Below, piece after piece: positions 8,909 to 17,854 of a DNA stretch of 64,000 nt. Each line of letters opens with the position of its first letter. Position 1 is the first letter of the stretch. The notes below the pieces were generated by a model. The model was not told where the DNA came from, did not search any database, and was given only the letters and a program-made list of their open reading frames with translations. Source of the DNA: a virus; IMG/VR virus record IMGVR_UViG_3300028948_000703, positions 32,001 to 96,000 of that record; one strand, given 5' to 3'. The translations under genes were made by a program, and so were the position numbers.

Positions 8909-9112
8909 ATGGCATTTGTTCGTTCCACAGCTAATCCGCAAGTTGGTGATATTCGCACGCTGAAGACTGATGTCGGTGCTGGACATGGCACCATTCTTCG
9001 TGGTAGCCGTGTGAAGATCATTGGACACAGCTATCGCGGCTGGGATATCGAAGACCTTGAGTCGGGTGAGCGGGTTTACGAGACCATTAGTTTCGATCTG
9101 TTCGAGCGTTGA
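8909..9112 (+). CDS. Hypothetical SH3-like small protein
   Basis: SD AAGGAG; 'VGDIRTLKTDV...GSRVKIIG'. Confidence 0.55.
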   Translation: MAFVRSTANPQVGDIRTLKTDVGAGHGTILRGSRVKIIGHSYRGWDIEDLESGERVYETISFDLFER

Positions 9113-9131
9113 TAGACAACGGAGCAGGGCA

Positions 9132-9344
9132 ATGGCTGGGCAGTTCCTTTACCTGAATATGACGTACGAAACACAAGCGGGAACGCACGTCAAGATGGTG
9201 AAAATTCACAATGCTGGGACTAGCTACGAAACGCTTGAGGACGAGCATGGTGTAAATCGCTATTCTCGCAGAGCTGAAGACATAGGTCGTTGCACCGGGT
9301 CTGCACACGATTACAGCGACCCGCGCAATATCAAACGATCCTAA
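9132..9344 (+). CDS. Hypothetical protein
   Basis: CAACGGAGCA RBS motif upstream of ATG 9132. Confidence 0.55.
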   Translation: MAGQFLYLNMTYETQAGTHVKMVKIHNAGTSYETLEDEHGVNRYSRRAEDIGRCTGSAHDYSDPRNIKRS

Positions 9345-9402
9345 AAACCACTAGACACGCTACCAATAGTCTTCTAGTATAGGATCAACAACGGAGCATA
9401 TT

Positions 9403-9690
9403 GTGTTCGACGATCTAGAGGATTATGAATCCAACGGTATCACCCTAAAGTTGGGCTGCGGTGCTTGTCCTGAGCAATATGAAGCCTATAACGAGAGTGG
9501 CGACCATGTGGGTTATCTTCGCTTGCGACATGGACGTTTCACTGTGGAATGTCCAGACGTTGGTTATGACCTTGTGCTGGAAGGGCGGCCCGAGGGCGAC
9601 GGACATTTCATGTATGAAGAACGCACACAGTGGCTGGAAAAGGCTGTGACTGCAATCAAAGAATGGATGGTGGCGCATGGAAAAGCGTAA
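9403..9690 (+). CDS. Conserved phage hypothetical protein (CGACPEQYE...GYLRLRHG family)
   Basis: Recognisable phage motif; GTG start with a CAACGGAGCA RBS. Confidence 0.65.
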   Translation: MFDDLEDYESNGITLKLGCGACPEQYEAYNESGDHVGYLRLRHGRFTVECPDVGYDLVLEGRPEGDGHFMYEERTQWLEKAVTAIKEWMVAHGKA

Positions 9691-10009
9691 GATCTACGAC
9701 GTCAGCACCAATACCGATCTCACTGAAGGCCGCGGCAGTGAGTATGTCAAGCATACCTGTGTGTTGCTTTCTACAGCTATACGACTTGCGCACCGAGGCT
9801 ATGTGCAGGGCAGCGACTGTCCTATTACCGCACGCGAAGTAGACTACGATCCCAAAACTGATATGTACTACGGTAAGATTGAAGTCAATCGTGGTACACC
9901 TGCAGATGTAAAGCAGGAAGAAAAGAGAGATCGGTTGCAATCAGTTCTAGAGCGTGCTAAACAGCTCGGACTAAGCGACGAAGACATCAAGATCATTCAG
10001 GAAAAATAA
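9677..10009 (+). CDS. Conserved phage hypothetical protein (NTDLTEGRG family)
   Basis: 'NTDLTEGRG', 'VQGSDCPI' and 'AKQLGLSDEDI'. Confidence 0.65.
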   Translation: MEKRKIYDVSTNTDLTEGRGSEYVKHTCVLLSTAIRLAHRGYVQGSDCPITAREVDYDPKTDMYYGKIEVNRGTPADVKQEEKRDRLQSVLERAKQLGLSDEDIKIIQEK

Positions 10010-10010
10010 C

Positions 10011-10214
10011 ATGCCTACGATTTATCGTGTTATTGCACGTGACGATAACAAGGTGCAACAGTTTCGCACTGCCTATGACGTTAGCATCTTCCTCTTGGGT
10101 CGTCGCATCACTGCGTACTTGATCATCAAGAGCGACAATCAGGGCGATCGCCTTATTGCGTGGCCCAGTGATCCCAATATTGAAATCATCGAAACGCATC
10201 TTGAATCCAGCTAG
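10011..10214 (+). CDS. Hypothetical protein
   Basis: ORF track; SD AGGA. Confidence 0.5.
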   Translation: MPTIYRVIARDDNKVQQFRTAYDVSIFLLGRRITAYLIIKSDNQGDRLIAWPSDPNIEIIETHLESS

Positions 10215-10943
10215 CTATTTTCGACCTCTTCTCCATCCATTTATAATATATTGATCTACCAAGTTTTTATTAATCATTCTTACTTGACCATCTTTAATAA
10301 CGCACACGCTGCCTTTTTTAGATTTGCTCATTTTGAGCTTTGATTCGTCGGTATGACATGTTATATGTTTAAAAAATATACGACCCATAACCCATCCGGC
10401 TTCTAAAAAGGGCTCTACCTTACTAGGATCAATATGCTTTGTTTTTTTCTCTGCAACATTTGATATCCAAATAAGACCTTTGCGTGTCTGTGACATTTTA
10501 TCCTTAACGTGATCAGACATTTTCTTACCAACATTTGCTAACCTTACTTTTTCTATAACAGAGCTTGGTTTTTTAACACCTTTTAATGCATTACTTATTT
10601 TTTGCTTATGTTCTTGTGTTTTTGGTGCATTAATGTTAAAAACTCCTTTGATATTTCCGTTTATCCAGTCAGATCTATTCATTACATCTAGTTTACGTAG
10701 GACATTCGCTTCCCATGACAATGCTTCGTTAGCAGTATGAAATGTTCGTCTCACTTCGACGTCAAAACTATCTTTACCATATTCTTTGATTAATTCGTGT
10801 ACTTTTTTGCTTGATGTAAAGTATGTAACCCAAAATGTCGCAGGATTGGCAATGTTTCGTTTGTGTTTTGCTACTTTAACGCCATAATACCGTAGACCAG
10901 TTGGTCGATGTATAATATAGTAAGTGTAAGGAATGTAATTCAT
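10215..10943 (-). CDS. Free-standing GIY-YIG (Seg-like) homing endonuclease with NUMOD3-type repeats
   Basis: 'YTYYIIHRPTGLRYYGVK', 'YFTSSK', 'KTQEHKQKISNALKG' and 'HTDESKLKMSKSKKG'; AT-rich and on the opposite strand to its neighbours. Confidence 0.8.
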   Translation of the reverse strand: MNYIPYTYYIIHRPTGLRYYGVKVAKHKRNIANPATFWVTYFTSSKKVHELIKEYGKDSFDVEVRRTFHTANEALSWEANVLRKLDVMNRSDWINGNIKGVFNINAPKTQEHKQKISNALKGVKKPSSVIEKVRLANVGKKMSDHVKDKMSQTRKGLIWISNVAEKKTKHIDPSKVEPFLEAGWVMGRIFFKHITCHTDESKLKMSKSKKGSVCVIKDGQVRMINKNLVDQYIINGWRRGRK

Positions 10944-11318
10944 ATGAAACCTCTTTATCATGCCCAAGCGTCCGCACGTAGATATGGTGGAACGGTAGAG
11001 TGTTATTTACCTTTGCACAATTTCTTTGACAGTTCCAAACAGTGTTTGGCGGATGTTAGGCATCGTGCTATTCTGCACTCCAGCTTTGGTATCTTTCTGC
11101 TAGAACGAGTCTTTGGAGAGTATATCACAAATTCAGCAGGTCGTCGAGTTTGTGTACGTGATATTGGCGAAGAGCATGTCATTGAGGATCTGGGCACCAT
11201 TCCCACTGTGGAAAAATGGCTGCGTAATCTGCCCATTGAAGACTGGATGACCAGCGCACGCCATAACAAGATCATCAAGACTACGCATATCAGTTTCGAT
11301 GATGTCAAGGTTGATTAA
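10944..11318 (+). CDS. Conserved hypothetical protein (DUF6915-like, H..SS.RR.GG...RHRA..HS.FG)
   Basis: MKPLYHAQASARRYGG...RHRAILHSSFG...IGEEHVIEDLG.IPT. Confidence 0.7.
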   Translation: MKPLYHAQASARRYGGTVECYLPLHNFFDSSKQCLADVRHRAILHSSFGIFLLERVFGEYITNSAGRRVCVRDIGEEHVIEDLGTIPTVEKWLRNLPIEDWMTSARHNKIIKTTHISFDDVKVD

Positions 11319-11333
11319 CAAGGAGCAAAATTA

Positions 11334-11756
11334 ATGACGAATACCCGCAATCTACTTTCTCTAGTTCAGGAATATGACGCCAAGGTCAAGGCCATGCGTG
11401 AAGAGCTCAGCAACGAGTTCAAGACGCAGTTCAAGACCATTAGCACGGAGATTTTCTCCAAGTATCCTGAAATCCTCAAGTTTGGTTGGACTCAGTACAC
11501 GCCCTACTTCAATGACGGTGATGCCTGCGTTTTCCACTACAATGATATGTATGTCTGCACGGATCCTGAATCTGCAGACGGCAGCGTCTATGACTGGGAA
11601 GACATGTATAGCCTCAAGAATAAGTACCCTGAGCTTGCAGAGTTTGAAAAGGTTCTGAGCTCCAGCGAGGACATCCTGCTTGCTATGTTCGGTGATCATG
11701 TTCAGGTCACTGTGACGCCGGCTGGAATTGATGTTGACGAGTACGAACACGACTAG
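11334..11756 (+). CDS. Conserved phage protein (WTQYTPYFNDGD.C family)
   Basis: Motif recognised; SD AAGGAG. Confidence 0.7.
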   Translation: MTNTRNLLSLVQEYDAKVKAMREELSNEFKTQFKTISTEIFSKYPEILKFGWTQYTPYFNDGDACVFHYNDMYVCTDPESADGSVYDWEDMYSLKNKYPELAEFEKVLSSSEDILLAMFGDHVQVTVTPAGIDVDEYEHD

Positions 11757-11880
11757 TATATTGCAGGTACAGCGGAGGTTGCGTTTACTACCAATTAACG
11801 AAAACACGCTGTCAAGCCGTTAGGGACCGCGGGGAAGTAGCTGAAAAGGCCTTCCAGAGTGTCCCACTTTTTTAGGTGCA

Positions 11881-12234
11881 ATGATGATACTGGCTTGTTG
11901 TCCATTCTGCGCTGCTGAACCCCCAAATACCATTGTAATCAACGAAGTTAGACGCTTTTATAGGGTCTACTGCAATGGTTGTGGCAGTGCTGGTCCATTT
12001 GGTGACACCGAAGAGCAGGCCAGTGAGCTGTGGAATTTGTCCAGTAAACAGCGCTCTCAAGCATTCGCCGAAGCAGCCAAGATAGTTCGCAGTGAGATTA
12101 CCAGAGTTCAAGATCTCTGTAAGTTCCCAGAATCCACAGATGTAGCCACAGAGCGTCTTAGATTTGCAGTTTTGGGTCGCGTTGATGGCCTTGTTATGCT
12201 AGAACGAGCTATGCTAGATAAGGTCGTAAAATAG
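11881..12234 (+). CDS. Lar-family restriction-alleviation-like zinc-ribbon protein
   Basis: 'CPFC...VYCNGCG..GP......A...WN'. Confidence 0.65.
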   Translation: MMILACCPFCAAEPPNTIVINEVRRFYRVYCNGCGSAGPFGDTEEQASELWNLSSKQRSQAFAEAAKIVRSEITRVQDLCKFPESTDVATERLRFAVLGRVDGLVMLERAMLDKVVK

Positions 12235-12284
12235 GTTCAAAATGATTGACTTATTCTTGGACACGAAGTAACAATCAAGTTACA

Positions 12285-12788
12285 CTGTTGATAGCCTTGC
12301 TCGGGCGATTGAGAGAGCAGCTCACCATTGGAATAAGAATGGGATGCATTTGGGCAGCAGCAAGTCTGATATGCACTAACCTACTGACGGTAGGATGAGC
12401 AGGCACGTCCTCTGCATATCTGGATAACAAGTCAAATAGGCTTGTCGAAGCACGTATAAACCGCAAATGGTACTTGAGATATGGAGGCGGTAATCTCACA
12501 TCAATGACATCGCATGGTAGTGTTACATCTGAAGCTATACGACGAGATGAGCAGACTTTAGCATAATCGGGAGGAAATCATGACAGCCCCGTTCCTGTGT
12601 GACGCACAGGTTGCGAATAGCAGATGAGGCAATTAAAGGACTCGACGAACGCAAACTTTAATTTACACGATTGACTGGACACAGTCGTCGTGTGACTTTG
12701 GATCTGACGAATGCAATAGAGTTGGTGAAGCAAAGTGAACCGTTAGGTGAAACGGCTGAAATCAACAGATGAACGTGAGGTTCATCTC
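12285..12788 (+). ncRNA. Large structured ncRNA, ROOL-like
   Basis: ~500 nt with no credible ORF, after a TTGACT promoter. 5' CTGTTGAT-AGCC pairs with 3' GGCT-GAA-ATCAACAG. Many internal hairpins. The 3' 'GACGAAT..TAGAGTTG..GCAAAGTG..GGCTGAAATC' segment resembles ROOL as I recall it. Confidence 0.5.
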
Positions 12789-12826
12789 ATTTGACTGCAA
12801 ATGAATAGTTTTGGTATAATATCTAG

Positions 12827-13351
12827 ATGTTTACCATCATAAAACCCAAAACTTACTCTGACTCTCGTGGTTGGTTTAGAGAGACATATCAATGCCAACA
12901 TATGGAATCACTGGGCATATATAGCAGTTTTGTCCAAGAGAATCAATCCTTATCATATCAAGCAGGCACTGTGAGAGGTCTGCATTATCAAGCACCACCA
13001 TATGCACAGTCCAAGCTAATATCTGTGCTAGCCGGCAGTATCTATGATGTAATCATTGACATACGCCGGAATTCTGCTACATATGGGCATTGGACTGCAT
13101 ATACGCTAACTGTAGAGTCAGGTGAACAGCTTTACGTTCCCAGCGGATTTGCACATGGCTTTTGCACGCTGGAACCCAACACACGCATACAATACAAGGT
13201 AGACCATGTATATCATCCTGCCAGTGAGGGTGGTATTTCATGGTGTGATCGTGACTTGAACATCCCGTGGCCAGTATCTATGGCTCAAGCAATAGTGTCA
13301 GATCGAGACGCTGCGTTGCCGACGTGGAACAACTTTATAAGCCCATTTTAG
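12827..13351 (+). CDS. rfbC: dTDP-4-dehydrorhamnose 3,5-epimerase
   Basis: 'DSRGWFRE', 'GTVRGLHYQ' and 'GFAHGFCTL'. Confidence 0.95.
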   Translation: MFTIIKPKTYSDSRGWFRETYQCQHMESLGIYSSFVQENQSLSYQAGTVRGLHYQAPPYAQSKLISVLAGSIYDVIIDIRRNSATYGHWTAYTLTVESGEQLYVPSGFAHGFCTLEPNTRIQYKVDHVYHPASEGGISWCDRDLNIPWPVSMAQAIVSDRDAALPTWNNFISPF

Positions 13352-13359
13352 GTCTGTCA

Positions 13360-14250
13360 ATGCTTTTGATATTTGGTAAAACAGGACAACTAGCGCAATC
13401 ACTGGCCGGCCTCGCTCAATCGAGCAACATTCCAGTAACTGCAACTGCACGAGATACAGTGGACATCACCGACAAATCCAGCATAGAGTCTGTGATCAAG
13501 ACCGTTCGTCCTAGATTAGTCGTCAATGCCGCGGCTTATACAGCAGTAGATCTTGCAGAGACTGAGCGAGACCAAGCCGAACAAGCAAATACTCTAGCTC
13601 CGGGTCTCGTAGCAGAAGTCTGTGCAAATTCCAAGGTACCCATGATACATATATCAACTGACTATGTGTTTGATGGCTGCAAACTCAAACCTTACATAGA
13701 AAGTGATCAATTGTCCCCTGTGTCAGTCTATGGCCAGACAAAAGCAGCCGGCGAGGCACGTGTACGAGATGCTCTTGAGCAGCATGTGATCCTTAGAACC
13801 AGCTGGGTTTACAGCAGATTCGGACGAAACTTTGTTAAAACTATGATCAATCTTGCTGCAACGCAACCTGAAATATCAGTTGTTGCAGATCAAACAGGCT
13901 GTCCCACAGCAGCTGACGACGTATCATCCGCTATAATCACTGTATATCAAGCTATGCAGCAAGGCATCACAGCCTGGGGAACATATCACTTTGCTGGCAC
14001 AGGCATCACCACATGGTATGATTTTGCAGTGAGAGTCATTGACGCTCAATCTGCTATAACAGGACATTGTCCTCAGATGCGACCTATCTCTTCCAGAGAA
14101 TATCCCACTGCGGCACAGCGACCACAGAACTCAGCATTGAGCAGTGATTTGTTTGCACGGAAATTTGGCTATCGTGCTAGGCCATGGCATCTTGCAGTTA
14201 AACAAACAGTTGATCAGCTATTAAAAGGAAAACACAGTGACATCACTTAG
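13360..14250 (+). CDS. rfbD: dTDP-4-dehydrorhamnose reductase
   Basis: 'GKTGQL', 'NAAAYTAVD.AE', 'STDYVFDG' and 'YGQTK..GE'. Confidence 0.95.
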   Translation: MLLIFGKTGQLAQSLAGLAQSSNIPVTATARDTVDITDKSSIESVIKTVRPRLVVNAAAYTAVDLAETERDQAEQANTLAPGLVAEVCANSKVPMIHISTDYVFDGCKLKPYIESDQLSPVSVYGQTKAAGEARVRDALEQHVILRTSWVYSRFGRNFVKTMINLAATQPEISVVADQTGCPTAADDVSSAIITVYQAMQQGITAWGTYHFAGTGITTWYDFAVRVIDAQSAITGHCPQMRPISSREYPTAAQRPQNSALSSDLFARKFGYRARPWHLAVKQTVDQLLKGKHSDIT

Positions 14251-14947
14251 CGTCACCTGCATTGAAACTAGACATTATCAACGCTCTGCTGAAGCTGTTC
14301 AACGCACTATAAGCTGTTTACCTGCGGGTAGTGTAGACTGTGTTTATTGGTTTAGCAATGCAGATTTTCCAGTGTCATTGCCTGGCATTGAGATTATACG
14401 CATAGACACACCATGTTTTACTCACTTCATCGACGATATCAATAGACTTTGTTTACGTATAATTCCACGTGTTGTCACCACAGATCACACAATAGTTGTT
14501 CAAGGTGATGGATTTGCCGTGAATGGCGATGCATGGGATCCCTCATTCCTTGAGTATGATTACATAGGTGCGTGTTGGCCTTGTATGTGGGACGGACCAC
14601 ATTCCATAGTAGGCAATGGAGGATTTAGTCTACGAAGTCAGCGTTTGTTAAAAGCTCTTAGAGAAATCAATGCTCGCTGGCAACTCAGTGACTGGGAAGG
14701 TGATCCTCGATTGGATCAGCGTGATCATTATGTGTTGAATCCTGACAAGAGTCTACCAGAAGATATTCTCGTTTGCCAGTGGTATAGACCGCAGCTCGAA
14801 GCTGACTATGGTATTAAATTCTGCCCAGTTGAGCTAGCAAACAAGTTCAGCGTTGAAAGCATTCATCCAGTTACAGAATCTTGGCTAGGCAAAAGCTTTG
14901 GATTTCATGGTGTTACTGCTGCACCTTATTATGGTGTTAGCTTATAG
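14237..14947 (+). CDS. DUF5672-like putative glycosyltransferase
   Basis: 'VQGDGF', 'YDYIGACW', 'VGNGGFSLRS', 'PEDI' and 'FGFH'. Confidence 0.75.
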   Translation: MTSLSVTCIETRHYQRSAEAVQRTISCLPAGSVDCVYWFSNADFPVSLPGIEIIRIDTPCFTHFIDDINRLCLRIIPRVVTTDHTIVVQGDGFAVNGDAWDPSFLEYDYIGACWPCMWDGPHSIVGNGGFSLRSQRLLKALREINARWQLSDWEGDPRLDQRDHYVLNPDKSLPEDILVCQWYRPQLEADYGIKFCPVELANKFSVESIHPVTESWLGKSFGFHGVTAAPYYGVSL

Positions 14948-15223
14948 CTACCAAACGAACTCACTATATAGCTCTCCAAGCTGTTCTGCAAGCTCAATGT
15001 GTTCTTGTATCAGCTGACCGCTTGAGCGAGCAATAGTTAATGCTTCTGCTCGGCTGACAAACTCATCACGGTCTGTAATAAATCCTTCTTCGCCATAGGA
15101 AATCCTGCATAAGCTATAACCCATGCTCAGCAACAGCCAGATTACATTGTGATGACGAGAGGGAGGAAGAATCCAATGGACTTCTCCATCTCGTGTTTTG
15201 ATTGCAGCAGCTTTAATCTGCAC
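14948..15223 (-). CDS. Conserved phage hypothetical protein (RHH...GF.T....FVSR.EA...LYSE)
   Basis: Motif recognised. Confidence 0.65.
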   Translation of the reverse strand: MQIKAAAIKTRDGEVHWILPPSRHHNVIWLLLSMGYSLCRISYGEEGFITDRDEFVSRAEALTIARSSGQLIQEHIELAEQLGELYSEFVW

Positions 15224-15405
15224 TAGCGCAGAGTCCAGTCCATGATAATAGCCACGGCTTTTGCACTCATTGCCAGAAAGAAAAACCAGTAGGCAATCCT
15301 CTCAGCAGCTACTGGTTTTTCCCAACCTCTTGCAATAAAGTAAAAAGCGGCTGCAAACGATGTTAGATAGCCGATGATGTATGTAATTGCTTCAAGAGAA
15401 GTCAT
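15223..15405 (-). CDS. Small membrane protein
   Basis: Two hydrophobic segments; preceded by the TGCGGGGACCA motif. Confidence 0.55.
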   Translation of the reverse strand: MTSLEAITYIIGYLTSFAAAFYFIARGWEKPVAAERIAYWFFFLAMSAKAVAIIMDWTLR

Positions 15406-15419
15406 CGTGGTCCCCGCAG

Positions 15420-15668
15420 CTATTTGTTGAGCATCTTGGCCAGCAACTTGCTATCAAGCTCGGGCTCGCTCTTGAGCTTAAGGCTGATGCTTTCACCGTG
15501 AGCAACTACAGATCCGTCATCTTCGACGCGAACAAAGCCTGCACGCTCCGGCTTCCACTGCCCGATAATCAGGGCCATGCTGCCATGCTGCACGTGATTA
15601 GGGAAGATAACAGGCACATAGTTGAGCCCAGTATCAAAGATGATGTATTTGGCATCTGTGCTAAACAT
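15420..15668 (-). CDS. Conserved phage hypothetical protein (P.IFP..V.H...AGF...GES.SL)
   Basis: Motif recognised. Confidence 0.65.
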   Translation of the reverse strand: MFSTDAKYIIFDTGLNYVPVIFPNHVQHGSMALIIGQWKPERAGFVRVEDDGSVVAHGESISLKLKSEPELDSKLLAKMLNK

Positions 15669-15701
15669 TTGGTCCCCGCAGCATATTACTCAAATACTAT
15701 A

Positions 15702-15881
15702 CTACTTGAGTACTTGGATTTCAACCACTGTATAAGACCAGTTTGCTTCGTCTGGTTGACGTGGCATTGCGTTAATTTCCTCAACCCAAGACTCAGCACG
15801 CTCCTGAGTTTCATATGCAAGGATAGCTCCGTCCTTAACAGAGCCACGCCAGCGTTCAATTACAAATACAGTCTTATACAT
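15702..15881 (-). CDS. Hypothetical protein
   Basis: MYKTVFVIERWRG...; ATG directly after the repeat motif. Confidence 0.55.
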   Translation of the reverse strand: MYKTVFVIERWRGSVKDGAILAYETQERAESWVEEINAMPRQPDEANWSYTVVEIQVLK

Positions 15882-15891
15882 GGTCCCCGCA

Positions 15892-16272
15892 CTAGTCTTC
15901 GTATTCCGCACGCTTCCGTTGAAGTTCGGCAATCTGCTGGTCGATCTTCTCTCGTTGACGTGCACGCGCTTCCACACGCGCCCGCTCAGCATCCTTTGCC
16001 ACATCATTGATGTTCTTGACGTTGATCTTAACGATAGACCCACCGCCGCCCCACTGCCAGAACCCTGGCATAATTACAGCAGTAGCGAGAATGTCTTTGA
16101 GTTTGCCAGCATACACGCCAAGATTGGGCTGATGATGATGCCCACCGAGATCACAGTTGGGATCTTCACCACGGACCTGCCACAGCCCTTCCTCATCAAG
16201 CTGATGCTTTTCCATAAGGGACTTGTATGCGTAGGTACCGCGATACTTGGCAAGTGCTTCCTGAGAATTCAT
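15892..16272 (-). CDS. Conserved phage protein (GEDPNCDLGG.HH.P.LG family)
   Basis: Motif recognised; SD AAGGAG. Confidence 0.7.
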   Translation of the reverse strand: MNSQEALAKYRGTYAYKSLMEKHQLDEEGLWQVRGEDPNCDLGGHHHQPNLGVYAGKLKDILATAVIMPGFWQWGGGGSIVKINVKNINDVAKDAERARVEARARQREKIDQQIAELQRKRAEYED

Positions 16273-16298
16273 GTTGTTTCTCCTTGTGTTACCGGATA

Positions 16299-16496
16299 TT
16301 AGACATAATCCAAGTGGGTTGCAAGCTGTTTCTTGAGAGTGTCAATTCGTCCTGTCAACTCCTGAAACATCTTGGAGTATTTTTCGCGAGTGTAGTAACC
16401 ACTCTGCGAGGTAAGATAGGAGTAATCCTGGTTCAGCTCACGCAGCTCTCGCAGCAGCGACATTGCGTAAGTCATAGAATGGTCCATGAGAATCAA
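16299..16496 (-). CDS. Hypothetical coiled-coil protein
   Basis: Coupled ORF in the - strand operon. Confidence 0.5.
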   Translation of the reverse strand: MILMDHSMTYAMSLLRELRELNQDYSYLTSQSGYYTREKYSKMFQELTGRIDTLKKQLATHLDYV

Positions 16497-16699
16497 TCCT
16501 TGTATAGATAGCTTGCAGCCAACTCCAGTGCGGTGATACGGCTAATACGCATGTATTGTAGCTTCTTTAGATGCTCAAGTCGAGCACGTTTTTCCTTGGG
16601 CTTTTCCTTCATTGCCTCGCGAATGGCTTCTGCATTCTCTCTGGCAACGTTGAGATGCAGACGCGCACGGCGACGAAACTCAACTCGATCTTCCAGCAT
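16493..16699 (-). CDS. Hypothetical basic protein
   Basis: Coupled ORF. Confidence 0.55.
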   Translation of the reverse strand: MLEDRVEFRRRARLHLNVARENAEAIREAMKEKPKEKRARLEHLKKLQYMRISRITALELAASYLYKD

Positions 16700-16702
16700 T
16701 GT

Positions 16703-16945
16703 TTACCCCTTGATATACTTGTCAACGTCCAGCAAGGCCTTGATCACACCTGCATGATCATTCTGACGCATGGGTTTTGACACATGCTCTACCAGCATGT
16801 CAAGCATTGCGGCATCACGCTGCCGCTTTGCCTCGCTGCGCTGATTTTTGCGCTGACGAATTTCAGCCTGGCGTGCGAGCTCAGCTTTGCGCGGATCAGG
16901 AAAACCCTGCGCCTTGAGTTCAGCAATGGTGGGATACTTAGCCAT
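16703..16945 (-). CDS. Hypothetical protein
   Basis: SD GAGG; downstream of a TTGACT/TATAAT promoter at ~17055-17083. Confidence 0.55.
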   Translation of the reverse strand: MAKYPTIAELKAQGFPDPRKAELARQAEIRQRKNQRSEAKRQRDAAMLDMLVEHVSKPMRQNDHAGVIKALLDVDKYIKG

Positions 16946-17149
16946 TTGCGCCTCACAGTTTGGTAAACCCGGTGGGTGCTGCCCCCACTATCCACCGCTT
17001 AAAAGGCGGTTGCTTTTGCTGCTAAGCTACGGGTTCTTTAACAACGTTCCGCTATTATACAGACTTGCCATCTAGAGTCAATTGATAGTTTATGGTTGCA
17101 TGTTATCGGTAATATGTTATGATAGCTAAAGCAACGCAAGGAGCACGTA

Positions 17150-17344
17150 ATGAGCACCAATTCTCCACTGATGGTCGATCCTCCCGAAGGATGGCGATAT
17201 GGCTTTCCCAAGGCCTACTTTAAGAACCGTGTGGGTTCCGATCGTGAACTGCGCTCGTGGCTTCTGCACTATGGCTACCCTGCCAAAATGATCGATAGCC
17301 TTGGTCCTAAGATGCGAGGCATTCGTTTCATCGGCGGTGAATAA
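17150..17344 (+). CDS. Conserved phage protein (DPP.GWRYGFPK family)
   Basis: Motif recognised; SD AAGGAG. Confidence 0.7.
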   Translation: MSTNSPLMVDPPEGWRYGFPKAYFKNRVGSDRELRSWLLHYGYPAKMIDSLGPKMRGIRFIGGE

Positions 17345-17403
17345 TACGTTGACTCTTAGATAGTGTTGATATATGATAATCAGACATTAACTAGGAGTGT
17401 GAC

Positions 17404-17805
17404 ATGACTGTAGACTTCAAAGCTAAGATTGAAGAGTTTGTCAAGGCTAATCGCAAGGTTTGGCCCGAGTGGCCCAAAGCGGTAAAGCCAAAGCGTCGTA
17501 ACCCCAGGCATCGTCACAGAGATCAGGTTTACTGGGTGTACGATAATACGTTTAGCTATGACCAAAAACTCACAACCTGGTTGTTATACGACAACGAAGT
17601 GCTTGAGATTGATGGCATTGAGAATATGGGTGTGGTAGATGGTCCGGAAGGCGAAGAGGGTCTCTGGGAGTGCTGGGATTCACATTATCAGCTAGCTAAC
17701 AAGCCCGGCAAAGGTGTAAGACTGCGTGAAGTAACGGCCAAGGAAGCACGTCGCCTTTGGCTGGGTCGGCTTTGCAGCGACGATAATGATGATGAATTTA
17801 GTTGA
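17404..17805 (+). CDS. Hypothetical protein
   Basis: Own TTGACT promoter, SD AGGAG. Confidence 0.6.
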   Translation: MTVDFKAKIEEFVKANRKVWPEWPKAVKPKRRNPRHRHRDQVYWVYDNTFSYDQKLTTWLLYDNEVLEIDGIENMGVVDGPEGEEGLWECWDSHYQLANKPGKGVRLREVTAKEARRLWLGRLCSDDNDDEFS

Positions 17806-17854
17806 CGGGCTATTACCAATAGCGTATAAAGCTCAGCACACAAGGAGCTAGACA

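Larger units (their letters stand above)
15408..15891 (-). repeat. TGCGGGGACCA motif, three copies each directly before a start codon (15408, 15670, 15881); two more at 22448 and 22470
   Basis: Plus-strand tggtccccgca is seen at all five positions. Confidence 0.85.

Noticed and set aside
12275-12499. 74-aa - strand ORF
   Set aside because: Antisense to the structured ROOL-like region; no expression signals.
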